This document shows, piece by piece, positions 1-10,928 of a stretch of 44,792 bases of DNA. The position numbers were made by a program, and so were the translations under genes. Each line of letters starts with the position of its first letter. Position 1 is the first letter of the stretch. The notes under the pieces were generated by a model. That model had not been told where the DNA came from and did not search any database. It saw only the letters and a program-made list of their open reading frames with translations. This DNA comes from Batkoa obscura. Its lineage: Eukaryota. Where the stretch lies: positions 1 to 44,792 of the forward strand of contig JASVEC010000128.1 in assembly GCA_030770535.1 (NCBI GenBank), written 5' to 3'.

Positions 1-328
1 TCAAGCTTACCTAAAGTTTACCTAGGAAGGTTACTGTGTTTAACTAAGTTATATAGTTTACTTATGGTCACCCTAGCTCAATATAGCTAAGATCTCTTCT
101 AACTGTTTTATCCTTGATCAATATGAAAGACTCGGAGGAAACCCTTCAAATTAAAAAGAGAACCAAATTAACCAATGTTACTAATATTTTATATACTGAA
201 TATTTCATTTATATACATGTTGATAAAATAAGGTTAAAATGAGTAATGTTGTACTTCCTTAACATGAAACAACAAATATCGATAGATAGTTATTAAAAAT
301 TCGATATTTATTTATTTATTTATTTATT

Positions 329-1158
329 TTAAGTATAATCAGATAATTTAAAAAGTTGAATGTCCAAATCTTTTGGATATACGAAACCAGCTGTAGTAAG
401 AATAGGAGTTTCCCATTCTTTTGATTTTGGACCTAATTTAAGTTCATACTTTTGTAATAATAATGAAAGTACAACTCTTTGTTCAATTAATGAGAAGTTG
501 ATACCGATACCTAAACAATGTTAATATTTGTATATAATTAAACAATAATATCATTACATAATCTGGAACCACCACCAAATGGCATCCATGAGTTAGATTG
601 TTCACCATAAGGATCTAAGAAACGATCAGGATCGAATTTCTCTGGATTTGGGAAGTATTTTGCATTATGATGCATTCCCCAAATATAACAACTTAGGAAA
701 GTTCTCTCCTTAACTAATAAACCATTGGGTAATGTCTCGTCTCGACAACAATAGCGTCTTAACATACCAACAGTAGTTACTGATCTCATAGTTTCCTTGA
801 TAAAGCAATTCATATAGTTAAGTTCTTTTTGTTGCTCATGAGATGGTACAACATTTCCATCATCACCTAGAACACTGATGATTTCTTTACGAAGTTTCTG
901 TTGAATTTCTGGATATTTTGCTAAAAAGTAAACAGCTGAAGTAAGAGTATTTGCTGTAGTATCATGACCCGCTAGAAAGAAGGTAGCTAAGTTATTTACA
1001 ACTTCTTCAGTAGTTAAACTTTCTTCAGTAGATTCCATCATATTTCTAAGCATTAAAGTAACAAGGTCATCTTTAGTATCTCCACTTTCAATCTCCTTTT
1101 TACGAAGTGTGATGATTTCAGTTAAAAATATACGAAACTCTTCATTTGTACAATGATA
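329..1158 (-). pseudogene. Cytochrome P450, C-terminal half only (5'-truncated gene or pseudogene)
   Basis: I-helix FLAGHDTT, K-helix ETMR, FDPDRF. Heme motif FGGGSRLC/IG is split by a 47-nt GT-AG intron (557-511); the last exon ends at TAA 331-329. The frame stays open upstream of the ORF ATG to ~1158, and no N-terminal P450 exons are recognisable further upstream. Confidence 0.8.
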
Positions 1159-1769
1159 CTATTGATAAAAACTTAAATAATTTCAAAGGAATATGATAAT
1201 GGCAAATGTAGTAGTCACAGCTTTAAATTGTAGTCTTTAGCTTTAATCAGTTTCGTATTAGATTAACAAAACAGTTAAGCTTAGAATAGATTAAGAATAA
1301 AGAGATAATTTACCTGTCTAAATTTAGTGAAAAGTTTTGTTAAAGATTTTAAATGCCATTATAAAATTACTTTTGCTTTGAAGCTTTTGAAAGCAATTTG
1401 GTAAAATTACAACATATTTTTACTAAATTCATGAATTCTATGTAGAGCTTTGTTATTGACTGTCTTACCTAATCTATTTCATTATGTCAATTTCATAATA
1501 GAATTAACGAAAACACTTGAAGATAAGCATCAAATTTTAAATTAGTAAATTTTGTTTAAAATTAAACTAAATTTTGAAAATATTGTCTGTCAGATTCATT
1601 CTGGAATTGGCATAAATAGAATAGATCAGGTGAAATAGTCAATGATAAAAAAATTAATTTGCTATGATTTAACTAAATTCTATAAATTAACCAGAATAAA
1701 GAAACTTTAAATCTATGATTATATATAAAATATAAAGTTTGAAAATTTAATTGTAACAACTAAAAGAAC

Positions 1770-2050
1770 ATTATCTCTCTTATACATTGTCAGCTATGGA
1801 TATTATCATATTCATAATATATATACTATAAATTACATTTTTTACATAATATCGTTTATTGCTTTTTTATAAAGTTGATATCAATATTGTCATTTAAAGT
1901 CAAACTGAAGCTCACATTATTAAAATGTATTAAAATTCAACTAATTATATAATGGTATTCTATAAATAACAAATATCAATAAGTATTATTTTAATAAGCT
2001 TTGTATTAAATGAAATATTTTATTTATTAAAGTCCAAGCTAATAAGATTT
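1770..2050 (-). mobile_element. Possible highly decayed LINE reverse-transcriptase fragment
   Basis: Minus strand reads LISLDFNK* (like SLDFxKAFD) near 2045-2020 and SIADN (like YADD) near 1790; many stops. Confidence 0.25.
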
Positions 2051-2109
2051 GATTTTTAATAGCTAATAGTAACTAAAATCAGGAAAATGTTATCAAACCT
2101 TGAGTATAT

Positions 2110-2203
2110 TGTGATGTTTTTTTTTCATTATTTTTTCTATTTTTAAGCATTATTTGAGTGGAAAAGTTATTAACAAAACTCTTAAACACAAAAATACATC
2201 CCT
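2110..2203 (-). mobile_element. ~99-bp MITE copy
   Basis: Matches the MITE consensus; ATAT on both flanks. Confidence 0.85.
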
Positions 2204-2621
2204 ATATAGTATCTATCACTAGCATAGAATATATACTATATATAATACACTTCAATATTGGTCATTATTTATTATAATATCTGTTTTGTTAAAATAATAA
2301 TATACAATGCTATTAAAATCTAACTTTTCAAAACGAATATAGTTAAAAGATTATAAAAATATTATAATTATAATAGAATAATAAAAACTAATTGTAAATT
2401 TTGTTAAGAAACTACCAATTATCAAATCTATTGTAACTTGAATTTTTCAAATTAAATGATTAAATTGTAAATAAAATGTTAACTATTAGCTTAATCTGAG
2501 TTGAAATTAGTAATAAAATGACAAAATGTATAACTCATTAATTTATAATAAACTAGTTCTGTTATTATTTATTGCTGCTTTCAAAAATAAAGCTATAAAA
2601 GCTTCAAGATATTAACCAAAA

Positions 2622-2693
2622 AGGACCCACCGAGAATCGAACTCGGATTACAAGGATCAAAACCTTGGGTGCTAACCATTACACCATGGATCC
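2622..2693 (-). tRNA. tRNA-Gln (anticodon TTG)
   Basis: 72-nt cloverleaf GGATCCATGGTGTAATGGTTAGCAC-CCAAGG TTTTGAT CCTTG-...GTTCGATT...TGGGTCCT, followed by an oligo-T Pol III terminator. Confidence 0.97.
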
Positions 2694-2760
2694 CACTATC
2701 GATTATTTGCTCATTTAGTAACAATATATTTTTTTTTAAAACTATTCATTTCATAGATAT

Positions 2761-2858
2761 GGGGGTGTTTTTTTGGCTTCATTGTTCTTTCCATCTTTTA
2801 AGCATTATTTGAGTGGAAAAATTGTTAGTGAAATTCTTAAACACAAAAACATATTCTC
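2761..2858 (-). mobile_element. ~99-bp MITE copy
   Basis: Consensus match; flanks ATAT/ATAA; 67 bp upstream of the tRNA. Confidence 0.88.
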
Positions 2859-3893
2859 ATAAACTATTGATTCATTTTAAATCTAATTTATGTATCACTA
2901 AGTTTTTTAATATCCGTTTACTTTAGTTTAGGATGTTACTGATAACAGAAGGATAGAGCTTATCTTTAATGTCAGATAAGATACTAGTACTATTTTAAAT
3001 GTAAAATAGGGATGACTTTAGTCATTGATTGGAATTTTTAAACGATTGCTTTAAGCTAAATATTATAATAGAAAAAGGGGGATTTAAAATACAAGTTGTT
3101 CAAATTGACTTAGATTTCTGTTCAAAATATTTATAATTTATAAAATATGCTTTAAATTTTGTTTGTTTTGTTGTTTTTGAAATAGCTGTGGCAGGTTGAA
3201 AACATTGTGTATTTTCTATTGTATTGATAATTACTTTTAAATTTTTTATAAAACAATTGAATAATATAAATGATACTAAGAGTAATAGTTTAGCATAATT
3301 AAAATTTTATCATGGTTTTTTTCAATAACAGAATTCATATTCATCGCGTTCAATTGGCAAATAGAATATTGTAATTATATAAAATATCTTGTAATAATGA
3401 AACCAAATTCGACTAAACTAGTACAATCACTATTGCTATCTTGATTTTTTAGTTTATTAAAGTAATTAATTTAATTAATTTAACAACAAGTTTAATAGCT
3501 ATAAATGTTTCCCATTAGGATAACATATTTAATATACATTTTGATTTAAGTATTATTAATTGTTATAATAGATTTTATAATTAGTTATTGACTATAAATA
3601 ATAACACTAATAACGTCATGATCAAGAACTATAAATTAGAAAAAATATATATAAGTTTAGATAACCTAAAACTTGAAACAAGAGCCAAGAAATTCACAAC
3701 TATTTAACTTTATTCTATAAGATTTTTTAACTTAATATGTTTTCAGATGGTAAAATAAAATTCAAGTTAACATAAATTTATTAATTTTTACAATTTTAAA
3801 TTGAGCAATTAGAAAATAAAAACGTGACTATTTTTTATAACCAATAAAATTTTAGATAACATATTGGTTTAGGGTATAGAAATAATTTGAGTG

Positions 3894-3922
3894 ATAATAA
3901 TAATAATAATAATAATAATAAT
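3894..3922. repeat. (TAA)n microsatellite
   Basis: About 9-10 tandem ATA/TAA units. Confidence 0.9.
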
Positions 3923-4521
3923 ATATCCTTTCAAAAACAGATTCAGTCATAACTATTGTTTGAGAAGCCTGGATAAAGTCAAATGTAGAAGCTTCCAGCT
4001 AATGTAAATTAACACTCGTATTTAATGATTTTTATAAATTTAATAATTAAATAGGTAAGGCTAATTTTCTAACTTGACAATTGAACAAAGTTACTACCCC
4101 ATTTGCGTGGTTAACAATGGAGTGTAATAACCAAAAAAAAAGAAATTAATTAATCAAATGGAAACTCATTTTCAATATGGAGTACACTAAAGAGTTTGTT
4201 TATTTTTATTTAGCACCTATTAGATAGAAGTTAACTCCATATTAACTTGTTCATTGAATGTATTACTAAGTTTATGTAAATTTATTTGAATCTTACCTAA
4301 GGGGAAGTTGTGGAGGGGATTTGTAAAAATTCATGTCAATCTTATAAAAGGGAATTTATTAATAAAATCATCAGTTAAAGTTGGGGTCTAAGTTCTAATT
4401 TTTTTTATAAAAATGATTGATTTTTAAACTTCCGCTATTAAAATTTGAGACTATAAATATTCAATTTTATCCATTATTAAACTTAATCTTTTTTATCACT
4501 ATTTAGTTTCTTTTGAAAATC

Positions 4522-5247
4522 ATGGTTTATACAGCTAATTTACCTACTACTTATGATACTTTTAAAGAAAGAGAGAAGGCTTCTTTTAGCCATAACTCGA
4601 AACCTATAACAGCTAGTTTAATTATACCTGATACATTAGTATTATCGATTGATGAAACATTATGTCCAACAATCTATCGAAAATTTTCTGGTAAAGTAAA
4701 GATAGTAAATCCCAACTTAATAAAATTAAAGAAAGTAGAGGTATTTTTACTAGGAGAAAGTAATTTTTTATACAAAGAATCGGACAAAAAAAGAATTTAT
4801 TTAAAGAGAAGCTCCCATCAACATTTATTTTTAAATCAAGAATTAACCCTCAATGCTACTGCCTGCAGTAAACCAAAACTTAGTTTAGATTTTTCATTTG
4901 ATATTAATATGGATTTACCAGATTCATTTCATCAGAAAACAAGCTCTAATCAATATAAAATCATAGCTAACTTAACTTTTGAAGGTACTATTAAAGATTC
5001 AATAACTCAATTAACAGTGGAACAACCCTTTTCTGTTCAACATAAACTTATTATGTCCAATCAACAATTCCGTAAGTCCATTTGTGATACGAATGCTACT
5101 TCCTCTATTAATGAAAAAGAAATAGATAAAAAAAGAATGAGTAAAAGATTAAGTTCCATACTTGTTAAATTAAATAATAAGGAATCTTGCTTCTCAAAAT
5201 GGAATTGTTTTCGCACTAAAGCTTCACCTTATGATGGTCAGATTTAA
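4522..5247 (+). CDS. Arrestin N-terminal-domain-like protein
   Basis: Intronless ORF from ATG 4522. FSGKVKI...LKKVEVFLLGE, FSFDINMDLPDSF and YKIIANL follow the arrestin_N pattern. TATAAATA at 4452. Confidence 0.65.
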   Translation: MVYTANLPTTYDTFKEREKASFSHNSKPITASLIIPDTLVLSIDETLCPTIYRKFSGKVKIVNPNLIKLKKVEVFLLGESNFLYKESDKKRIYLKRSSHQHLFLNQELTLNATACSKPKLSLDFSFDINMDLPDSFHQKTSSNQYKIIANLTFEGTIKDSITQLTVEQPFSVQHKLIMSNQQFRKSICDTNATSSINEKEIDKKRMSKRLSSILVKLNNKESCFSKWNCFRTKASPYDGQI

Positions 5248-5979
5248 TATTCACTCGTATTATATTTATGTTTTTTCCTCTCTTCTCCTTCTTCAATATA
5301 CTTACATTGTTATACATTAATAAAATTAATTATTATTAATATTGATGTTTATAAAACATATTCTTGAATATTTATTATGTTGATGAGTCATCTGTATACT
5401 TTATTCAATTGGTTTAAGCGCAGTCACATTTGATCATTTTTTATACATCTACAATTGAATAAAGTCCGAAAACTTATAATTTTTAAACTGAAATTAAGGA
5501 TATTTAAAGTTAAGGATCTAGAAGCATCTAAAATCAAACTCTAAAAATAATAAATGGGTGATTTTTGAATCAGTTCCATTTTTTATTAAAAACCAAAACT
5601 ACCTGCAACACAGTTAAATTGTTTTACCGTAGTTTATATTCTAAGTTAGCAGAATTTCTACTAAATTTGATAGAAACTTCTTAATTAGCAAGGCTTTTTA
5701 CTGATATAAGCCATACATCAATATCAATCAAAGTTGTAGTATATGAATAAATATATCTTCTTATAAAGCTTCATTGAGAGATATTTATTATTGACTGCTT
5801 TATAGCCAACATTGCAGATTTTCTATCAAATAAATAAACTATTTTAATGTTATAATTACATTATCAATATACCACTAAATCAATAAATAGCTGCATGGAA
5901 GGCAGTGGTTAGCCCTAAAATTATAATTAACCATCCCTATGTAATATAAGCAATATAATAATAGTTTTAGTTTTTATTT

Positions 5980-6079
5980 AGGGGTGTATTTTTTTGTTTA
6001 AGAATTTTATCAACAATCTTCCCCCTCAAATAGTACTTAAAAAAATGAGAAAACTAATGAAACCAAAGTAAACATCCCC
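5980..6079 (+). mobile_element. ~99-bp MITE copy
   Basis: Consensus match; flanks ATTT/GTTT. Confidence 0.85.
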
Positions 6080-6126
6080 GTTTATCATTATCATTATCAT
6101 TACAACTACTTGCTTTTCGATTATTT

Positions 6127-6221
6127 GTGGATGTATTTTTGTGTTCAAGAATATTACTAACAATTTTTCCATTAACTAGTGCTTAAAAGATAGAAAAAGT
6201 GATGAAGCTAAAAACACCTTT
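6127..6221 (+). mobile_element. ~99-bp MITE copy
   Basis: Consensus match; ATTT TSD. Confidence 0.85.
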
Positions 6222-6729
6222 ATTTATTAACTTAGCTATTAATAACTTAAATAATATTAATATTTAATCATCGATTTCTATCATTTAATAAACTATTTAC
6301 TTAATTAGTAAATATTGAAATTTTTAGATTTTCTGTTATATTTTATAGAATAAGCTGGTGTTGATCTTTTGATTTTATAATTTTAATTAAAATTATGTCA
6401 CTCTTTATTTATCTATCAGATACTGGATAACAATATAGTTTATTGTTATGTTTAATAAAATATACATACTTTTTAATACCTCATATTTCTATTGTTTTTT
6501 TATGTGTTTTTTTCTTTTATACTTTTTAAAAATCATATTTGTTTTCTTATTATCGATAATTAAGTTATTAATTTTATTACGTTTACAGATAAAAATTTTG
6601 AGTTTTAAAATTAATCAATTAATTAATATTTTTTATTTTACTTAGTGCTTCAAAACTACTTTTTTATTGTAAAACTTTTTTGAAATACTTATTAATTGTA
6701 TTTCTTCTATAATACTTAACAGAAAAATC

Positions 6730-6771
6730 AAAACTAAAACTAAAACTAAAACTAAAACTAAAACTAAAACT
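6730..6771. repeat. (AAAACT)n microsatellite
   Basis: About 7 tandem units. Confidence 0.9.
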
Positions 6772-6778
6772 ACTATTT

Positions 6779-6875
6779 GGGGCTGTTTTTTTTAGTTTCA
6801 TTATTTTTCCATTTTTTAAGCGCTGTTTGAGTGGAAAGATTGTAGTAAAATTCTTAAACAAAAAAACACATCCCC
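6779..6875 (-). mobile_element. ~99-bp MITE copy
   Basis: GGGG...CCCC ends, perfect ATTT TSD. Confidence 0.9.
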
Positions 6876-6879
6876 ATTT

Positions 6880-6938
6880 GAAGATGTATTTTTGTGTCTA
6901 AGAATTTTACTAACAAATTTTCCGCTTAAATAAAGCTT
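6880..6938 (+). mobile_element. Truncated MITE copy, head-to-head with 6779-6875
   Basis: GAAGATGTATTTTTGTGTCTAAGAATTTTACTAAC...; shares the ATTT spacer. Confidence 0.8.
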
Positions 6939-6975
6939 TTTAGATATTAAATTAGTTAAACCATTTCTTGCATAT

Positions 6976-7074
6976 GGGAGTGTTTTTTTTGGCTTCATTA
7001 CTTTTTCCATCTTTTAAGCATCATTTGAGTGGAAAAATTATTAGTAAAATTCTTAAATACAAAAATACATCCCC
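6976..7074 (-). mobile_element. ~99-bp MITE copy
   Basis: Consensus match; flanks ATAT/ATAC. Confidence 0.9.
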
Positions 7075-7185
7075 ATACGGTGAGTTATGGTTTAGTATTT
7101 CAAATAAATAATTGAAATAAATTTTGCTTATTATTTTATTATTTTTTGAATATAAAATATCAAACTTTAATACTAATATAGCTTT

Positions 7186-7648
7186 TGTGAAATCTGGTAC
7201 TCAGTGATTGGAGTCAAAAGCAGCTATTGCCTGGTTGACTACACTATAAGTCAAAAGGCCTTAGTTTATGTGACTAAGATAGACTCAGATTATGAAGAAT
7301 AGCACGTAATAAGTTATGGACTATGTAAGACAAATAGAATGACAATACTACTGTAAAATCTACATAAAATACTATTAAGGAAACTTAATGGCTTTATTAA
7401 ATGTTCGAGATATTAGGGAATAATTCAATTAAAAAGCCTCGAGCTACTATGTTTTAGAATCCCTTTTATACTCCGACAAGTATAAATATCAAAACGAGAG
7501 AACAATATCCTTTGAGACGAAGATACAAATTTTCATAGCAAATCAAACTAAGAGCACGGAATTAATTGTCTTTAAAATCGAGAACACAACAGCTTAGGCG
7601 ATTATTATGCTATAATTAACCATGGGACTGACAAAGCGATATTTCACA
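7186..7648 (+). mobile_element. ~464-bp solo-LTR-like element (copy 1)
   Basis: TGTGAAAT...ATTTCACA ends; flanks CTTT/CTTG (4-bp TSD, 1 mismatch); internal TATAAATA at 7481; homologous to 28078-28541 and 39517-39981; interrupts transposase-derived sequence. Confidence 0.85.
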
Positions 7649-7651
7649 CTT

Positions 7652-7731
7652 GTTTATTATAATGATTTAAATTTATTATAATGATTTAAATTTATTATAA
7701 TGATTTAAATTTATTATAATGATTTAAATTT
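7652..7731. repeat. 19-bp tandem repeat x4 (TTTATTATAATGATTTAAA)
   Basis: Four direct copies of a segment that is single-copy in the transposase at ~27486-27506. Confidence 0.9.
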
Positions 7732-8034
7732 GTTAGATTCAACTTTGTTTTTATTTTTATATTTTATTTAAGGTCTGAAATTATTAGATAACTTTCATCA
7801 TTTAATTTCTTGATGGTTTTATTAAATATTTCTAAGTATTAATATAAAATTTATATAATTTATACTTTTTGTTAAATTTTTGTTTTATTTTTTATTACTA
7901 TATTTATTTTTAAATAGTTATTTTTTGACTACATATTAGGTGTATGTATTAAAAAACATAAAAAGAAAAATAGATTTATATAAAGTATTAAAGTTTTTGT
8001 TGTATATCTTTTATTTTACTTTTATTTAATATAT

Positions 8035-8131
8035 GAGGATGGTCTTTGATTTCATCACTTTTTCAATTTTTTAAGTGCTATTTGAGTGAAAAGATTGTTA
8101 GTAAAATTCTTTTATTTAAGGATATATCACC
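8035..8131 (-). mobile_element. Diverged MITE copy
   Basis: GAGG start, consensus core, ATAT TSD. Confidence 0.8.
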
Positions 8132-8690
8132 ATATGAATGAATTATAATATTTATATAGTGTGCCTCTTATTATATTAAAGTTTCTAAAAATTCCATTTC
8201 AAAGTTTAATTATAAAAGCTTGTATTTTATTTTTGTTTTAATAAAAAATAAATCTTTTAAATTTTTTTATCTAATTTTAAGCTTTTTAAATTTAAGTATT
8301 TTGATAAAAAATAATAAGTTAAAAGGATATTATAAGTTTTATTTGAACTTTTTGATGTTATTTTTAATATTAAATTAATTATATTTTTTAAGTTTGGCAT
8401 TATGATAGAAAAATAAGTTAAAGTTTTTTATTTAGAATAAAATTAGGCGTTGAGCTTTTAATAAAGTAGACAGTTTATTTGTTTTATTAGACAATTAAAG
8501 TATTTCAAATAAATTGATCAAGCTTTAATTAATTTTTAATAATTTATTTTATTAAATTCTTCTTAAAGCTATTTGACAGTGATGTTAAAAGTCATAAAGC
8601 TAATACAAGGATTTCAATTTGTTTACTTTTATATCTAATTATTATTGAAAATTTCCTGTTGCATTTCAAGTTTTTTTGTTGACAATGAGT

Positions 8691-8780
8691 ACATGTTTTT
8701 TTGTTGAGGATTTTACTACCAATTTTTCCACTTGAATAACATTTAAAAAATAGAAAAACTGATGAAACCAAAAGAACATC
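8691..8780 (+). mobile_element. Diverged MITE copy whose end is interrupted by the next copy
   Basis: Consensus core; forms an inverted pair with 8782-8880. Confidence 0.75.
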
Positions 8781-8781
8781 T

Positions 8782-8880
8782 GGGGATGTTTTTTTTGGCT
8801 TCATCACTTTTTCTATCTTTTAAACACTATTTGAGTGGAAAAATTGGTAGTAAAATTCTTAAACCTAAAAATACATCCCC
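8782..8880 (-). mobile_element. ~99-bp MITE copy
   Basis: GGGGATGT...ACATCCCC perfect 8-bp TIR; ATCT TSD. Confidence 0.92.
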
Positions 8881-8968
8881 ATCTGATGATTTAAAATTTT
8901 AAACTATTAATGTTACTAAAAAAAATGTTTTATATACAAATAAAAATTATGTAGGTCCAATAGAGTTA

Positions 8969-9040
8969 GGATCCATGGTGTAATGGTTAGCACCCAAGGT
9001 TTTGATCCTTGTAATCCGAGTTCGATTCTCGGTGGGTCCT
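8969..9040 (+). tRNA. tRNA-Gln (anticodon TTG)
   Basis: Identical to 2622-2693 in the opposite orientation; TTTTT terminator just downstream. Confidence 0.97.
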
Positions 9041-9324
9041 TGTATTTTTCGTTTTTTAATACTTTCTATAAAGTTTCTTTTAGCTCAAAACAGGCATACT
9101 CAACTATTGAGTTGATAGACTTTAAATTGTTGTGAAGCGTCTTTTAATTTGATTAGTAGATATGTTTTTTATCATTTTATGGATTATTATTAATAGGGAA
9201 TTTATTAGTCTTAGGTAGTTATTTTGTTATTATTTTGTTATTATTTTCTTAACCTTGAAATACTTTATAGATCATACTTATCAATAAACAAGTTAATTAA
9301 AATACTTAGAATCATTTAATATAT

Positions 9325-9422
9325 GGGGATATATTTTTGTGTTTAAGGATTTTATTAACAACCTTTCTATTCAAATAGCGCTTAAAAGACAGAAAAAGTG
9401 ATGATGAGGCCAAAAAAACCCT
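9325..9422 (+). mobile_element. ~99-bp MITE copy
   Basis: Consensus match; ATAT flanks. Confidence 0.85.
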
Positions 9423-9546
9423 ATATAGAGTTATATTGATAAGAGTTTGAGCATCAAAAAAATTAAATAAAGTTATAGTTTATTAGCTAAACCATGATTT
9501 TTCAATAAATCTAAATTAAATGTTTGATATATTAAAAGATCAATAT

Positions 9547-9644
9547 GGGGATGTATTTTTGTGTTTAAAAATTTTACCAACAAATTTTTCGCCCAAATAG
9601 TGCTTAAAAGATGAAAAAAATAATGAAGTCAAAAAAACATCCTC
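9547..9644 (+). mobile_element. ~99-bp MITE copy
   Basis: Consensus match; flanks ATAT/ATCT. Confidence 0.9.
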
Positions 9645-9831
9645 ATCTTATGATTTGAATAAAATTGGAATTCAATTTTAGCAACATCAAGTTTTGAATG
9701 TTGAAAATTTAATTAACAAATAATCCATTGCAAAACTTTCCAAATAACAAATAATGACCACATCAATTCTCAAAATCTAATAAAAACTAAAGTTTCTTTT
9801 ACTTTTTAAACAATATAGCAATCACAAAAAA

Positions 9832-10790
9832 ATGGAAGATATCTATACAACGTTAAGAGAAAGTTTGGAAAAAGATTTGGAACTTTTGGAATTAAAATTA
9901 AAGAATATTGAACCTTATACAAATGAAAATAGTAATTTTGATGAAATTAAATTTCTTGATTTACCCGATAGAATATCGGAAGCACGTCTTCAATTTGCTG
10001 AAGTGGAAAGAAATTTGAAGGTGGATATTCTCATTTTTTTATTAAATAATAATTAATATTTTATTAGAACTTTTCTTTAGCTGAAAATTCTTTTACTCCA
10101 GAAAAACACCATTTGGAAGAATATGAAATTCAATATCGAAAGTAATTTATTTTTTTATTTTTTATTTTTATAGGTTAATGTGTTGTTAGATGTAGAGCCA
10201 AGTTCCGTAGCTCAATATTAAAATCTAAACAATTAAATGATAAATATAACCAAGAATTATTACTTAAAAATAATAATGGATCTACACTAAGGAATCGAAA
10301 ACTCAAAAAAGATAGCCATGAACAAAAAGGATTAATTAAAAAAGCCACCTCTGTTACTGATTCACTTAAAAGAACAAGTGAATTATTACAATTAGAAATT
10401 GAAAAGAGTAGTACGAGTTATAAAGTACTATCAGATAGTTCCAAATTATTAAGTGACACTAATACAGCTTATTCTTTTATTGAAAATACTTTAGTACAAT
10501 CCAAATCATTATTAAAAAATTTAGAATGGAATGATTTATTAGATTATATCATTTTATGGGTTGGGTTTATGATCTTTCTATCTACGGTTTTATATGTTGT
10601 TACTAAGAGAATTCCTTTGCCTTTTGGAAACGCGTTTTCATTGACCATATATCTATTATCTCTTCCACTAAAATTAATCTTCTATTCTTCAAGTACAGCT
10701 ATAACTAGTAGTACCGGGATAGTTACTACGGAACCTATTTATTATAGGTTGGATTTAATCAATTCTATGTGTCCATTATATCCATATTAA
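9832..10790 (+). CDS. SEC20: Sec20 / BNIP1-like ER Qb-SNARE
   Basis: Introns 10021-10067 and 10142-10189. The spliced frame gives VTDSLKRTSELLQLEIEKS...SKSLLKNLEWNDLLD...FLSTVLYVVTKR, the Sec20 SNARE motif plus TM segment. Confidence 0.85.
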
Positions 10791-10928
10791 TTTTCACTTA
10801 AATCTTATTAAAAATAAAATAAATTAAAATAAACTTCACTTAGAAAATTTCAAAAATAATTGCTGGTTTTTTTTTAAATATATTATCTATTTTATTGCTA
10901 TATAATTTAAGTTTTTACTTATATTAAA

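Larger units (their letters stand above)
5556..8400 (-). mobile_element. Decayed copy of the Sola2-like DNA transposon, with nested MITEs and a TG...CA element
   Basis: The reverse complement aligns by eye with 26270-29199 (e.g. 8140-8250 vs 26560-26670; 7080-7185 vs 27510-27610; 6240-6620 vs 27890-28760; 5580-5970 vs 28810-29115). Decayed TIR at ~5556; the 5' boundary is approximate. Confidence 0.8.

Noticed and set aside
1..150. Possible end of another LTR at the window edge
   Set aside because: Only composition and a TCA end suggest it; no second copy or TSD can be checked.
6448..6645. Hydrophobic 65-aa ORF (also 27889-28104, 27205-27390)
   Set aside because: Antisense reading of transposase-derived sequence.
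6664..7010. Short ORFs with recurring MFKNFT.../...SKILKHKNTS peptides (also 8592, 26015, 30814, 32843)
   Set aside because: They are translations of MITE copies, not a peptide gene family.
5980..9644. Cluster of repeated ~99-bp units resembling a CRISPR-like array
   Set aside because: Units are too long, irregularly spaced, on both strands and carry individual TSDs; no cas genes; eukaryotic context.
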